Assembly: GCA_016927655.1 (NCBI GenBank)
Contig: JAFGMG010000003.1
Coordinates: 1-57,456, forward strand
DNA length: 57,456 nt
Source of the DNA: Candidatus Dojkabacteria bacterium
GTDB lineage: Bacteria; Patescibacteriota; Dojkabacteria; B142; JAFGMG01
Direction of reading: 5' to 3'
The notes below the pieces were generated by a model. The model was given only the letters and a program-made list of their open reading frames with translations. It was not told where the DNA came from and ran no database searches. Positions 1 to 9,347 of this stretch are shown here, in pieces; position 1 is the stretch's first letter; each line of letters opens with the position of its first letter. The translations under genes were made by a program, and so were the position numbers.

Positions 1-132
1 CAGTCCTTCTACTCCATTCTGACTGCTGTATATTTCATAGTCTTCCTCCACCTTTCTGTCCCACGACGCTATCAGGGTCTTGATCCCCTCTCTGATTGCA
101 TAATCGTCGTCTAATAAGACTATTCTTTTCAT
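1..132 (-). CDS. Response regulator receiver domain, N-terminal 44 codons only (gene runs off the left edge)
   Basis: Reverse complement reads ATG at 132..130 then MKRIVLLDDDYAIREGIKTLIASWDRKVEEDYEIYSSQNGVEGL. The hydrophobic strand followed by DDD acidic pocket is typical of CheY-like receivers. Confidence 0.55.
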   Translation of the reverse strand, partial: MKRIVLLDDDYAIREGIKTLIASWDRKVEEDYEIYSSQNGVEGL

Positions 133-241
133 TTCGGGGTGCTAATAATTCAATTATCACAGCTTAGCAGAATCAGTTTAGCTTGTGAATATCATTGCAA
201 GCTATTTGGCAAACAGGCAATTACTCTGCTAAAATACCCTC

Positions 242-1366
242 ATGGCAAAACGAGATTACTACGAAGTGCTTGGAGTCGGGAAAACCGCATCCAAGGCTGA
301 GATCAAAAAGAAATACAGGCAGCTGGCGAAAGAATATCACCCAGACCGCAACAGTGCTTCCGATGCAGAAGAGAAATTTAAAGAAGTAAAAGAAGCTTAC
401 GAAGTGCTTTCAGACGACCAGAAAAGGACTGCATATGATCAATACGGCCACGCTGGCACTCAGGGCTTTGGAGCTGGCGGCAATGGCGGATTCTCCGGAT
501 TCTCAGGTTTTGAGGATATGGGGAATTTAAATGAAATTTTCGAACAGTTTTTCGGTGGAGGATTCAGCGGGTTTGGAGGCCGGGGTTTCAGCTCCCAGGG
601 TTTTAGCGGCCAAGGCTTTGGCAGCAGAGGCCAGACATCGATCAGAGGCGCCGATCTTGAGGTGACCTTGAGAATCTCTTTCAATCACGCTGTCTTTGGA
701 ACAGAAAAAACAATTCTTTACAAAAGGAAAGTTGTCTGCGACAAATGCAAAGGGAAAGGCGCCGAAAAAGAAAGCGATATTGAGACATGCCCAACCTGTA
801 AAGGTTCCGGTCAAATAGTTCGAGTTCAAAGAACGTTTATAGGAAACATTCAAACGGCCGCCAGATGCCCAGAATGTCAAGGCAATGGCAGCATTATCAA
901 AACCAAATGCAGTAAATGCAGAGGCGATGGCCGGATTGAAAAAGAAGAAGATTTTTCCTTAAAGATTCCACCGGGCATTCCAGATGGAGTTACACTAAGA
1001 TTTCGCGACCGCGGGAACGCAGGCCAAGGAGGCGGAAATTATGGAGATTTATTCGTAAATATCGAGGTCGAGCAAAGTGATGAATTTGAAAGACGCGGGA
1101 ATGACATTTATTCAGAAATCACTATTAATCCTGCACAAGCTGTCCTAGGCGACATTATTGCTATAAATACCGTTCATGGAGAAACAAAACTCAAAATTAA
1201 ATCCGGGACACAGCCAAATCATATTTTCCGCCTCTCTGGCAAAGGAGGCCCGCGCTTCAGGGGCAAAGGAAATGGGGATCACTACATTAAAATCAATGTA
1301 GAAATTCCCAAAAAACCGGGACGCAAGGAGCGGAAAATCTGGGAGAAGCTCCGAGATAGCCTATAA
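242..1366 (+). CDS. dnaJ: Molecular chaperone DnaJ (type I Hsp40)
   Basis: J domain DYYEVLGV...YHPDRN with HPD, a G/F-rich linker, four CxxCxGxG zinc-finger repeats ([32 protein letters not shown]) and a C-terminal substrate-binding domain. Confidence 0.95.
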   Translation: MAKRDYYEVLGVGKTASKAEIKKKYRQLAKEYHPDRNSASDAEEKFKEVKEAYEVLSDDQKRTAYDQYGHAGTQGFGAGGNGGFSGFSGFEDMGNLNEIFEQFFGGGFSGFGGRGFSSQGFSGQGFGSRGQTSIRGADLEVTLRISFNHAVFGTEKTILYKRKVVCDKCKGKGAEKESDIETCPTCKGSGQIVRVQRTFIGNIQTAARCPECQGNGSIIKTKCSKCRGDGRIEKEEDFSLKIPPGIPDGVTLRFRDRGNAGQGGGNYGDLFVNIEVEQSDEFERRGNDIYSEITINPAQAVLGDIIAINTVHGETKLKIKSGTQPNHIFRLSGKGGPRFRGKGNGDHYIKINVEIPKKPGRKERKIWEKLRDSL

Positions 1367-1482
1367 ATTCAATATATATCACCCCCTTAAAATGCCCGAA
1401 AATTTGACGAACCGGGATACATGTCCATATAATGGCTTCTAATCCTTCCTGATTTCGAACTAACATATTACGATTCGTCCTG

Positions 1483-2247
1483 ATGGTAGATCTGCAAGAT
1501 GTTTGTTCTTTGCCTATTAGATTCAACTCTGCCACGACGACTTTTGAATTTTCCGATCCGATTAAATGCAGACACTCACAAACTATCAGTCTGCAAAATT
1601 TGATTCCTGCCCTTTTGAATAAAACTCTTCGATATCCTGAAAACGTTTATGAGGAGAATATTGATCTATTCCTATGCAATGACGCAGAAATTTTTGACAG
1701 CGAGAAATTACATTATGAAGTAATAATCCTGCCATCGGGTCTTTTGGGGATCGAATATATCAAATCTCATGTTTATTATTCTCCAAAACATCAAGGCAAA
1801 ACGAGCTCAATTGTTGAATGCCTTTACGGAATTTTGACAATAATTATCCAAAAAAATATGCCTAAAGATGAATTTGACTTTGAAACTACTGTCTCAGAAG
1901 GAATGATGATAAAACTTCGAAGAGGTGAAAAAGTGGAAATCCCGACCGGATATTTCTACACTTTTATCAATACTAGAAGCACTCCCGCAATTTTCTCACG
2001 AACCTACAAAAACAAGGGAATAGTTGATTACGCCATGCTGCAGAATGAGAAAGGTCTAGCGTATTTTGCAATTAGAAAAAATGCACGCGCAGAAATTGTC
2101 TATAACCCTAGATACAAGCATGTCCCAAGGCTCAGTAAATACACGCCAAATTGCGATAAATTCAAATTCGCCTTCCCAAAGATAAGTGTCTATGACGCGG
2201 TCAAGAAAAACACAGGATATTTCATGGATAAGCTACTCGAATTCTAG
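1483..2247 (+). CDS. Cupin-fold protein related to cupin-type phosphoglucose isomerase, metal ligands not conserved
   Basis: By eye, ILPSGLLGIEYIKSHVYY...IVECLYG...VEIPTGYFYTFINTRSTPAIF...VDY...EIVYNPRYK aligns with archaeal cupin PGI (GKEFFFTKGHFH...EVYVAL...VYVPPYWAHRTVN...HDY...VVDNPRWK). Start codon choice is uncertain. Confidence 0.5.
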   Translation: MVDLQDVCSLPIRFNSATTTFEFSDPIKCRHSQTISLQNLIPALLNKTLRYPENVYEENIDLFLCNDAEIFDSEKLHYEVIILPSGLLGIEYIKSHVYYSPKHQGKTSSIVECLYGILTIIIQKNMPKDEFDFETTVSEGMMIKLRRGEKVEIPTGYFYTFINTRSTPAIFSRTYKNKGIVDYAMLQNEKGLAYFAIRKNARAEIVYNPRYKHVPRLSKYTPNCDKFKFAFPKISVYDAVKKNTGYFMDKLLEF

Positions 2248-3560
2248 TTAATAATTTTTTTGCCGACGTATTTCTGTAAGACTTCCGGAACTTTGATGCT
2301 ACCATCTTCCTGTTGATAGTTCTCAAGAATCGCAATTAGTATTCTTGGCGAAGCAATCACCGTATTATTCAGCATATAAGGATAATATTTCTCTCCATTT
2401 TTTGTTTTTACTCTAGTATTTAACCTTCTTGCCTGCCAGTCTAAAAGATTTGAAGCTGAATGTGTCTCACCATATCCCTCCCTACTTGGCATCCACGTTT
2501 CAATGTCATACATTTTATATTTACCTGCTCCCATGTCCCCTGTACAAATCTGCAAAACACGGTATGGAAGTCCAAGGTCTCTCAATACTTCCTCAGCGTA
2601 GCTAAGCATCTGCTGATGCCATTTCTCAGCCTCATTTTTATCGTTTTTGCATATTACAACCTGCTCAATCTTTAAAAATTCGTGAATTCTATAAAGGCCC
2701 TTGGTATCTTTACCATAACTCCCTATTTCACTTCTGTAGCAAGGCGAAAAACCTGCAAATTTGATAGGCAGATTTTCCTCATTTAAAGTTTCATCAGCAT
2801 GATAACCCAATAGTGCAGGCTCGGATGTACCAGCTAAATATTTTCTGGTGCTGGAATCCTGTTCTTCCTCGACATGGGTCATACTATCTACGTAGTAGAT
2901 ATTTCCAGTATCAAAAGGGAAATGCCCGCTTCCAAAAAGCACCTTTTCATTTACTATCGTTGGAGTAACCATCGGAGTAAATCCTTTCTCTATCATTTTG
3001 CTCAAAGCATATTGCATCAACCCAAAATGGAGAAGAACAAGATCATTTTTGAGATAGTATCCTCTAAATCCACTTGTTGTAGCACCCTTTTCGAGATCGA
3101 ATAAATCCAAATCCAGTCCCAGTTGAATGTGATCTTTTATTTTAAAGTTAAATTTCTCCGGATCACCGCCATCACCGCCCTCTTTACTCCATCGCCTCAC
3201 TTCGACATTATTACTTTCATCATTACCGACAGGGGTATCCTCAGAAGGGATCATCGGAACAAATGCCATCAACTCATCAAATTGCGGCTTTATTTGAGAA
3301 GTCTCTTCTAAAATTTTTTGAATTTCCTCTTTAAGTTGGCGGCCTTTATCAATTGCTGCTTGATCGGGTTTCCCCCCGGATTTTTTCATAAGATCGGCAT
3401 TCTCATTTCTTTCTTTTTGTAGCTCATTTAGCCTCTTTTCTAAATTTTTTAACTGGTCATCCAATTCAATAATTTTTATTATATCCACACTCACGTTTTT
3501 ATCCTTTGCAACTTCTTGCAGTCTATCAATATTTTCCCTTATAAATTTAATATCAAGCAT
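2244..3560 (-). CDS. serS: Seryl-tRNA synthetase
   Basis: N-terminal coiled-coil arm beginning MLDIKFIRENIDRL. Class II core motifs are present (FRGYYL, FSPCYRSEIGSYGKDTKGLYRIHEF, GETHSASN, NNTVIASPR). I prefer the ATG at 3560 (MLDIKF) to the tracked start at 3578. Confidence 0.93.
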   Translation of the reverse strand: MLDIKFIRENIDRLQEVAKDKNVSVDIIKIIELDDQLKNLEKRLNELQKERNENADLMKKSGGKPDQAAIDKGRQLKEEIQKILEETSQIKPQFDELMAFVPMIPSEDTPVGNDESNNVEVRRWSKEGGDGGDPEKFNFKIKDHIQLGLDLDLFDLEKGATTSGFRGYYLKNDLVLLHFGLMQYALSKMIEKGFTPMVTPTIVNEKVLFGSGHFPFDTGNIYYVDSMTHVEEEQDSSTRKYLAGTSEPALLGYHADETLNEENLPIKFAGFSPCYRSEIGSYGKDTKGLYRIHEFLKIEQVVICKNDKNEAEKWHQQMLSYAEEVLRDLGLPYRVLQICTGDMGAGKYKMYDIETWMPSREGYGETHSASNLLDWQARRLNTRVKTKNGEKYYPYMLNNTVIASPRILIAILENYQQEDGSIKVPEVLQKYVGKKIIN

Positions 3561-3660
3561 GTGAAAAAGCCTTAACAATAAAGTAATATTAGCACAACTT
3601 TGACCAGCAAGCTAGAAAAACTCATTGACCTGGATTGATAAATTTTGCTAGTATGAGAAT

Positions 3661-3752
3661 GTCTTTCCAATCACAGAGAGAGGCTTATATTGGACAAGTT
3701 TAAAAGTACGCGAACCAATGCTGAAAAGGCCTTATTTGGAAAGACTTTTTTT
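3661..3752 (+). ncRNA. Candidate small structured RNA or regulatory hairpin (strand and function uncertain)
   Basis: GTCTTTCCAA (3661..3670) is perfectly complementary to TTGGAAAGAC (3736..3745) and is followed by a T7 run. TTGACC (3625..3630) and TAGTAT (3649..3654) lie upstream on the same strand. The element sits between two minus-strand genes. Confidence 0.25.
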
Positions 3753-5844
3753 ATTTTGAAGTAAGTATCTCAACTTTGATTTTACCAGCAGAAGGCATCG
3801 ATTTCATAAACCCAGGCAGGAAAAACGGTCCTACAGACAAATTATAATCTTCAACGCCTTCTTTGCTGTTTAAATATTCTTTTGCAGCACCAATTGATTT
3901 ACCGGCAAGCTCATTTGATATCTCCTCTTCGGTGAAATCAGCAGTGATATCCCCCTGTGAATCAATCTGGAATTTTATTTCATTTTCTCCAGGCACGACA
4001 TTGATGATTTCCACATTATCAAGTGCATCCAAATCCACCTCTCCTTCAAATTCACTTTCTGATTTAATAATTTCTGAGACAATCTGCTTCAGCTCAGCCT
4101 CTTTTACAAAATATGCTGTCGCTTCAAGCTCCAGACTTACGGTCACATTGTCGGCTTTTTCGCCGGCCTTGGCATCTGAAGATGATTTCGGCGTTCCATA
4201 AGTTATTGTTTCTTCAAGAAGAACCTCATCATCCGCAACAGAATCCCTGAACTCGTTTAGCAGTCTATTCTTCAGCTCATCGACTAGACCATCTTCCAGA
4301 TCAGTGATGTCTTTTTCACTAACGGCTCTCTCTTCACTCGTGTCCCCGCCCTCAATACTCCCAAAGCTTTTTGCACTTAATTCATCTGTAGTAAAGCCGT
4401 CAAATTTATAGCTTGCAGTTCCGCTGGTATTGTACTTCTCCCCGAAACTATCTGCTTGTATCGAAACATCTTTTTTGACACCAAGATTGAGATTATCCGC
4501 GCCGTCTACAACAGCGGCCGGAACTGCAGTAGCGGCCAACACCCTGTATTTCAAGCCTGTAGAAATATTTTCCATCAAAGCGCCCGCTGGCAGATTTATT
4601 TCCTCTTCTTTTTTGTTATAAATCGTCACAAGACCCTGAGCCCTATTTCCATCTTCGACATTTCCAGTCGTATCCGTCGTATTCGAGCTGCTATCGCTTA
4701 TCTTCAATGGATAAACAGGAATGACCAAATTTTCAACATTTATCTCGCTGCCGCCGATTTCTCCAGTGATCTCTTTGCTCACAGCAACATTTTGAGCTTT
4801 TGTATATATTTTCAAACTTGCAGTATTGAACACAAACATCGATAAGAATATTAAGACCAGGAGAGAAATCCCTGCAGTTACGGCTATTTTCAACCTTGTA
4901 TTACCCGTGCTATAAAACAGCTTGATTCGCTGTAAAGCCCTATTAATTGGATTATCAGCGGGAATGACAGGAGTTTTTGGACCCCTGGAAAAGTCCTGCT
5001 GCATTCTTCTCTTTCTTGGATTCTCCGGCACTATTTTCGAGAGATCTCTTCCAATCAAACTTGCGGTGTCCAACCCCGCTTCTTCTTCAAATTCCTCTTC
5101 CTCTTCAAATTTTTGTTCATTTTTATCTTGCTGTTTTTCCTTTTCTTCTTCTATTTCTTCTTCATTCTCTTTTAAAATATTTTCACTTCTAATATCTACT
5201 TCATCTTTTTTTTCTATTCTCCCATCAAGAACTCCGGGATCTTTTTTTTCTGTCTCCAGAAGTTCTTTTTGGAATTTTTCGTTAATCTCAATATCTCCGC
5301 CAGCCAAGACTTTGATATTTCCAAGATTTACTATTTTTGGGTCCAGTCTTGGTTTCTGGGACATTGGAGGAGTGTAGACAGGCTGGTTTGATAATTGAGC
5401 CTCAGCTTCCTGCTGAGCCTTCTTTGCTTCTTCCTGTCCTTTAGGTGTTTCTTTCGAATTGTTATCGATTATCTGGTAGTTATCTGTTTCCTGTCTGCTG
5501 CTAATAAGCTCATTTTTCAATTTTCTTCTTTCTTCTTGAAACTTCTTTTTCTTTTCTTCTGCCTGGACCCAGACATCAGGACCAATCTGGCTGATTTTTT
5601 CTTTTGAAATCAAACCCGCTTTTTCGGATAGTTTCAATCCAAGTTTATCTTCAGTAACAAGGATAATCAGCTTATTTGACTTGGCGATCTGGCTGGATAG
5701 AAGTTTCAAACTTATCAAACTCGCTACAAGGTTGGCACTTTCAGGTACTACGACTATCACCCTATCACTCGCAGCTTGTGCGATTTTTTCAACTGTAAAA
5801 ACTATTTCCTCATCAAGATCGACGAAGATTTTGTCACTTGCCAT
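3751..5844 (-). CDS. Bitopic membrane protein of unknown function, immediately downstream of the ftsA-like gene
   Basis: 697-aa ORF with four parts: a ~95-aa N-terminal globular domain, a long K/E-rich low-complexity linker, one TM helix (IAVTAGISLLVLIFLSMFVF) and a ~350-aa extracytoplasmic domain. It starts 5 nt after the ftsA-like stop. Confidence 0.7.
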   Translation of the reverse strand: MASDKIFVDLDEEIVFTVEKIAQAASDRVIVVVPESANLVASLISLKLLSSQIAKSNKLIILVTEDKLGLKLSEKAGLISKEKISQIGPDVWVQAEEKKKKFQEERRKLKNELISSRQETDNYQIIDNNSKETPKGQEEAKKAQQEAEAQLSNQPVYTPPMSQKPRLDPKIVNLGNIKVLAGGDIEINEKFQKELLETEKKDPGVLDGRIEKKDEVDIRSENILKENEEEIEEEKEKQQDKNEQKFEEEEEFEEEAGLDTASLIGRDLSKIVPENPRKRRMQQDFSRGPKTPVIPADNPINRALQRIKLFYSTGNTRLKIAVTAGISLLVLIFLSMFVFNTASLKIYTKAQNVAVSKEITGEIGGSEINVENLVIPVYPLKISDSSSNTTDTTGNVEDGNRAQGLVTIYNKKEEEINLPAGALMENISTGLKYRVLAATAVPAAVVDGADNLNLGVKKDVSIQADSFGEKYNTSGTASYKFDGFTTDELSAKSFGSIEGGDTSEERAVSEKDITDLEDGLVDELKNRLLNEFRDSVADDEVLLEETITYGTPKSSSDAKAGEKADNVTVSLELEATAYFVKEAELKQIVSEIIKSESEFEGEVDLDALDNVEIINVVPGENEIKFQIDSQGDITADFTEEEISNELAGKSIGAAKEYLNSKEGVEDYNLSVGPFFLPGFMKSMPSAGKIKVEILTSK

Positions 5845-5849
5845 CTCTT

Positions 5850-7085
5850 TTAGTTTCTAATCATTAAAGCTAAAGCTGCCGGCGCGATATCACTTTGATC
5901 TATGAGCGTTCTGGTTTGATCGTCTATCCCCTCAAGCTGATTTGGGAAAAGATATTCCATTTTTGGAAATTTCGCAAACGGAAGCACTTGCAGCCATGGG
6001 TGTGACATCAAACCTCTTCTAATATCAGGTAAAATACTGCCCCCTCCTGAAAAATACATTTGAGTCGGGAATGTGTCTATTTCCTCAAATTCTGCAAGCG
6101 AAATTTCAACTCCTTCAGTCCAGACGGAGATATCCTTCTGGATACTATCCTGGACTGCTTTTGCCTGTTTCTGTGACAGTTTCTGATTTGAATAGTCAAG
6201 TTTCATTTTTTCCGCTTCTTCGAGCTCCACCTTAAAATCGGTTGCTATCCTCTTGGTGAATACATCTCCGCCAAAAGCGAACATTTTTGTACCCATTACA
6301 GCTCCGTTTTTCACCACTGCAATGTCCGTTGTCCCGCCTCCGACATCAATGAATATCCCTGAGAATGCCTGATCATGGGAGCCTTTTACACTTCTTGCTA
6401 TCGCATAGGGTTCAACAACTACTTCAAGAATTTCCAGACCGAGTTTGTCGGCAAGCTCTTTGAGTGAATTCAAATGTAGACTTGGGGAAAATGTTGTGTA
6501 AATGGAATATTCTGCCTTTGAGCCGGTGAATCCTATCGGATTATCAAGCTTTACATTGTCTAAGTATGTCGCTACAAGGCTCGTCGAGATTTCCTCTATC
6601 TGTGCCTCATTTAGCCCTAATTCTTCAGACATGTCCGCTTTGACTTGATCAAACATCTGGTCTTTGACCTGAGCCATTACATCGTCAATTTCTTTTTGTT
6701 CAATCTTTTTATTTGGCTTCTCCCGGTCGTAGTCTGCTACTATTGTTACCCCTTTGACCAATTCACCAGCAATACCAAGGATAACCTTGTCTGGCAGACC
6801 AAGATCAGTGCCCGCGATTTTGTCTGCGGCACTCAGCGCTCTGCCGATGCAGATATCTGTCGAACTGATCACATTTTGGAGATTGACAATCATAGCGCTG
6901 TGCATGGAGTTGCTCTGCTGCGGAGTTTTTGCGTAGCCTAAAACTTTGACATTTAATCCATCGCGCTTGAATATTACGGCTTTGATAAATCTGGTTCCTA
7001 CATCAAGTGCCAGGAGTATCTCGTCCGTTTCATTCGCTTTTTTCTTTTTTGAAAAGAATGGTATCCTCATAGGAGTCCAAAACAA
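5850..7085 (-). CDS. ftsA: Actin-like ATPase of the FtsA family (cell division protein FtsA-like)
   Basis: Phosphate-1 motif LALDVGTRFIKAV, NPIGFTG, and phosphate-2 FIDVGGGTTDIAVVKNGAV...FAFGGDVFTKRIA. The C-terminal YFSGGGS adenosine motif is also present. Confidence 0.75.
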   Translation of the reverse strand: MFWTPMRIPFFSKKKKANETDEILLALDVGTRFIKAVIFKRDGLNVKVLGYAKTPQQSNSMHSAMIVNLQNVISSTDICIGRALSAADKIAGTDLGLPDKVILGIAGELVKGVTIVADYDREKPNKKIEQKEIDDVMAQVKDQMFDQVKADMSEELGLNEAQIEEISTSLVATYLDNVKLDNPIGFTGSKAEYSIYTTFSPSLHLNSLKELADKLGLEILEVVVEPYAIARSVKGSHDQAFSGIFIDVGGGTTDIAVVKNGAVMGTKMFAFGGDVFTKRIATDFKVELEEAEKMKLDYSNQKLSQKQAKAVQDSIQKDISVWTEGVEISLAEFEEIDTFPTQMYFSGGGSILPDIRRGLMSHPWLQVLPFAKFPKMEYLFPNQLEGIDDQTRTLIDQSDIAPAALALMIRN

Positions 7086-7168
7086 ACACCCATCTTTGAT
7101 TAAGGTGGTAAAATCAGTTTACAGCATATGAAGATTTTTTTCGAGTGGGAAACAAACTTGTGATAAAA

Positions 7169-7197
7169 TTGATAGGATGAGAATAAATTGGTATAAT
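7169..7197 (+). promoter_or_regulatory. Sigma-70-like promoter (TTGATA-17 nt-TATAAT)
   Basis: TTGATA at 7169..7174, a 17-nt spacer, then TATAAT at 7192..7197. This lies 20 nt upstream of the TTG start of the methyltransferase gene. Confidence 0.4.
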
Positions 7198-7217
7198 TAT
7201 ATAATTAATATATTGAC

Positions 7218-7991
7218 TTGTTGGGGACAATATTTAAAATTATAAACAAAAACTACTACACAGACAATCACTTTACACGAGGGGTAATACCAAAGCGGGA
7301 ACCTTTAGGTGGAGATTATTATGACATCGGCTACTATGGAGGTCAGAAACATAATCAGGGAATAAATTATCCGCGAGATGGGTCATATTTAAATCCCGAA
7401 TCTTCGGTCAAATACAAGTTCATTGATCTTAACAAATGGGTTAATAAATATTCCATCAATGGAAAGGTATTGGATATTGGCTCTGGTCCTGGTCACTTTT
7501 GCTATTGGAGTAAAAAACTTCACACAAATTATAAAGTGTTTGGATGTGACATTTCGAAAGAATTGCTAAATCATCCAATAAATAACAATGATGATTACAA
7601 GATTTGTTCCGCCACTTCCTTGGATTATGAAGATAATTCTTTTAATGCAGTTCTTTTATTTGATATCTTGGAACACTTATCGCCAGATGAAGTAGTTCAT
7701 GCTCTTCAAGAAGCCCTCCGAGTACTAAAACCAAATGGCTATATTTTCATTCGTATTCCAAATAGGGAAACTTGGACAAGAGCTACTTGGCGAGATCAAG
7801 CGCACGTATGGCTGCCGAATCTCTCTGAATTAAAAGATGTATTGACCGATAATGGTTTTGAAAGAAAGACGATTCAAAAAACAACAAGAGGGTTTCCTTT
7901 TAGCCCGACATATTACAAAATATTTCATAAGGATTTCCGCTTTCCAGTTTTAGGTAGTTCAATTATGCTCTCTGCCCGCAAAAGCTATTGA
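7218..7991 (+). CDS. Class I SAM-dependent methyltransferase
   Basis: Motif I VLDIGSGPGHF, an acidic residue after strand 2 (FGCDIS), and motif post-II/III LLFDILEHL...LKPNGYIF. The start must be non-ATG (TTG at 7218 or 7221) because no in-frame ATG precedes motif I. Confidence 0.8.
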   Translation: MLGTIFKIINKNYYTDNHFTRGVIPKREPLGGDYYDIGYYGGQKHNQGINYPRDGSYLNPESSVKYKFIDLNKWVNKYSINGKVLDIGSGPGHFCYWSKKLHTNYKVFGCDISKELLNHPINNNDDYKICSATSLDYEDNSFNAVLLFDILEHLSPDEVVHALQEALRVLKPNGYIFIRIPNRETWTRATWRDQAHVWLPNLSELKDVLTDNGFERKTIQKTTRGFPFSPTYYKIFHKDFRFPVLGSSIMLSARKSY

Positions 7992-8044
7992 CTTAATATA
8001 TATAAGGCTATATAATTACTTGCATTATATATTAGTAATCAAAA

Positions 8045-8623
8045 ATGAAAATTTTCTTTCTTGGAGTTCGCGATAGTAGCATGTATCCAGTATACAAAAA
8101 GGTTATCAAAGAGCTAAAAAAATCTGCTCATAGTGTTGATTCAGAATGGATGACAGCAACCAAAGAGGAAGACGCAGAACATTTTGAGAATTCATACAAA
8201 AGGAATATGCAATCTATCAAAAACTGTGATTTTGTAGTAGCAGAAACCAGCTTGATATCAAGCGGCTTGGGCTTTCAAATTGCAACAGCCCTCAATCAAA
8301 AAAAGCCCGTAATTGCCCTGTATAATCCCAAAAAGCAGAATCCTTCAGCTACATTAAAGGGTTCTTCGGATAGAAATAAATACCTTTTTTATGCAGAATA
8401 CAATTCCGACGAAGATATACAGAAATTGCTTGATACTACAATAGCAAAAGTCAAAAGCAGTCTCGACACCAAGTTCATTCTTATCATTCCTTCAGAAATC
8501 GATAGATACCTGGAATGGGCAAGTGACTATAAAAGAATGCACAAAGCACAGCTTGTAAGGCAGGCTATTGAAGACTATATGCAAAGAGATACTGACTGGA
8601 AAGAATTTTTAAGCGAAGAATAA
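8045..8623 (+). CDS. Nucleoside 2-deoxyribosyltransferase-like domain fused to a C-terminal ribbon-helix-helix (CopG-like) domain
   Basis: The N-terminus has a Rossmann-like pattern: MKIFFLG...CDFVVAETSLISSGLGFQIATALNQKKPVIALY. The C-terminus reads KFILIIPSEIDRYLEWASDYKRMHKAQLVRQAIEDYMQR, a beta strand followed by two helices typical of RHH. Confidence 0.55.
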   Translation: MKIFFLGVRDSSMYPVYKKVIKELKKSAHSVDSEWMTATKEEDAEHFENSYKRNMQSIKNCDFVVAETSLISSGLGFQIATALNQKKPVIALYNPKKQNPSATLKGSSDRNKYLFYAEYNSDEDIQKLLDTTIAKVKSSLDTKFILIIPSEIDRYLEWASDYKRMHKAQLVRQAIEDYMQRDTDWKEFLSEE

Positions 8624-8646
8624 AGAGAAAAAACTGGAAAAGGAAT

Positions 8647-9276
8647 TTATCTTGGGAAGCTGCCGCTAATTGACTCTTCCTGCATTTCTATAGTCTGTTT
8701 GACACTATCATCTACCTCCACACCTTCTTTTTGAAGCGCTCGAACCAGTGGATTAAGAGGCAGACCGACAATATTGAAATAACTTCCCTCAATTGATTCT
8801 ACAAACATGCCGCCATCACCCTGAATCGCATAGGCTCCAGCCTTGTCCAATGGCTCTTCAGTAGCAACGTAGTCTTTTATCTGCTTTGGAGTTAATTTTT
8901 TAAATTTTATCGAAGTTCTCTGTGCTCCTTGATATTTCGGCTCACCGTCAATCATCAGCACAACAGAAGAAACCACTTCATGGGCACGCCCGCTCAGCTT
9001 TTTTAAAACTTTTTCTGCATCCTTTGAGTCTTTTGGCTTGCCGATTATATCTCCATCAAGATCAATAACCATGTCATGAGCAACAATAAGTGCCCCTTTA
9101 TTCGTCTTGGAGACTTTCTGGGCTTTCTCAAGCGCCATTCTCCGTACATAATTCTCCGGATTCTCCCCTTTATTCACTTTCTCCTCAATATCTGGGTCCT
9201 CTACATTGAAAACAAGCCCAAGTTTATTCAGAAGACTCTTCTTTTGAGGAGATTTACTAGCAAGAATTAATTTCAT
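8647..9276 (-). CDS. maf: Maf-like nucleoside triphosphate pyrophosphatase
   Basis: MKLILASKSPQKKSLLNKLGL..., ...DGDIIGKP.D...A...L..LSG..H.V.S.V, and AGAYAIQG...F...IEGSYFNIVGLPL. Confidence 0.9.
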   Translation of the reverse strand: MKLILASKSPQKKSLLNKLGLVFNVEDPDIEEKVNKGENPENYVRRMALEKAQKVSKTNKGALIVAHDMVIDLDGDIIGKPKDSKDAEKVLKKLSGRAHEVVSSVVLMIDGEPKYQGAQRTSIKFKKLTPKQIKDYVATEEPLDKAGAYAIQGDGGMFVESIEGSYFNIVGLPLNPLVRALQKEGVEVDDSVKQTIEMQEESISGSFPR

Positions 9277-9347
9277 TTATTTCGCGTAACATCTTTTCGG
9301 GAAGTGTGCCTAATTATAGCATAAAACAGCCACTTTTGCAGTGCGAA

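Noticed and set aside
3561-3750. A T-box leader or an SRP (4.5S) RNA upstream of serS.
   Set aside because: On the minus strand only a weak resemblance is present (ATTGGTTCGCG versus GGTGGTACCGCG), with no antiterminator bulge and no U-tract terminator. There is also no GGAA-tetraloop or AGCA/GGAAG domain IV motif of SRP RNA.
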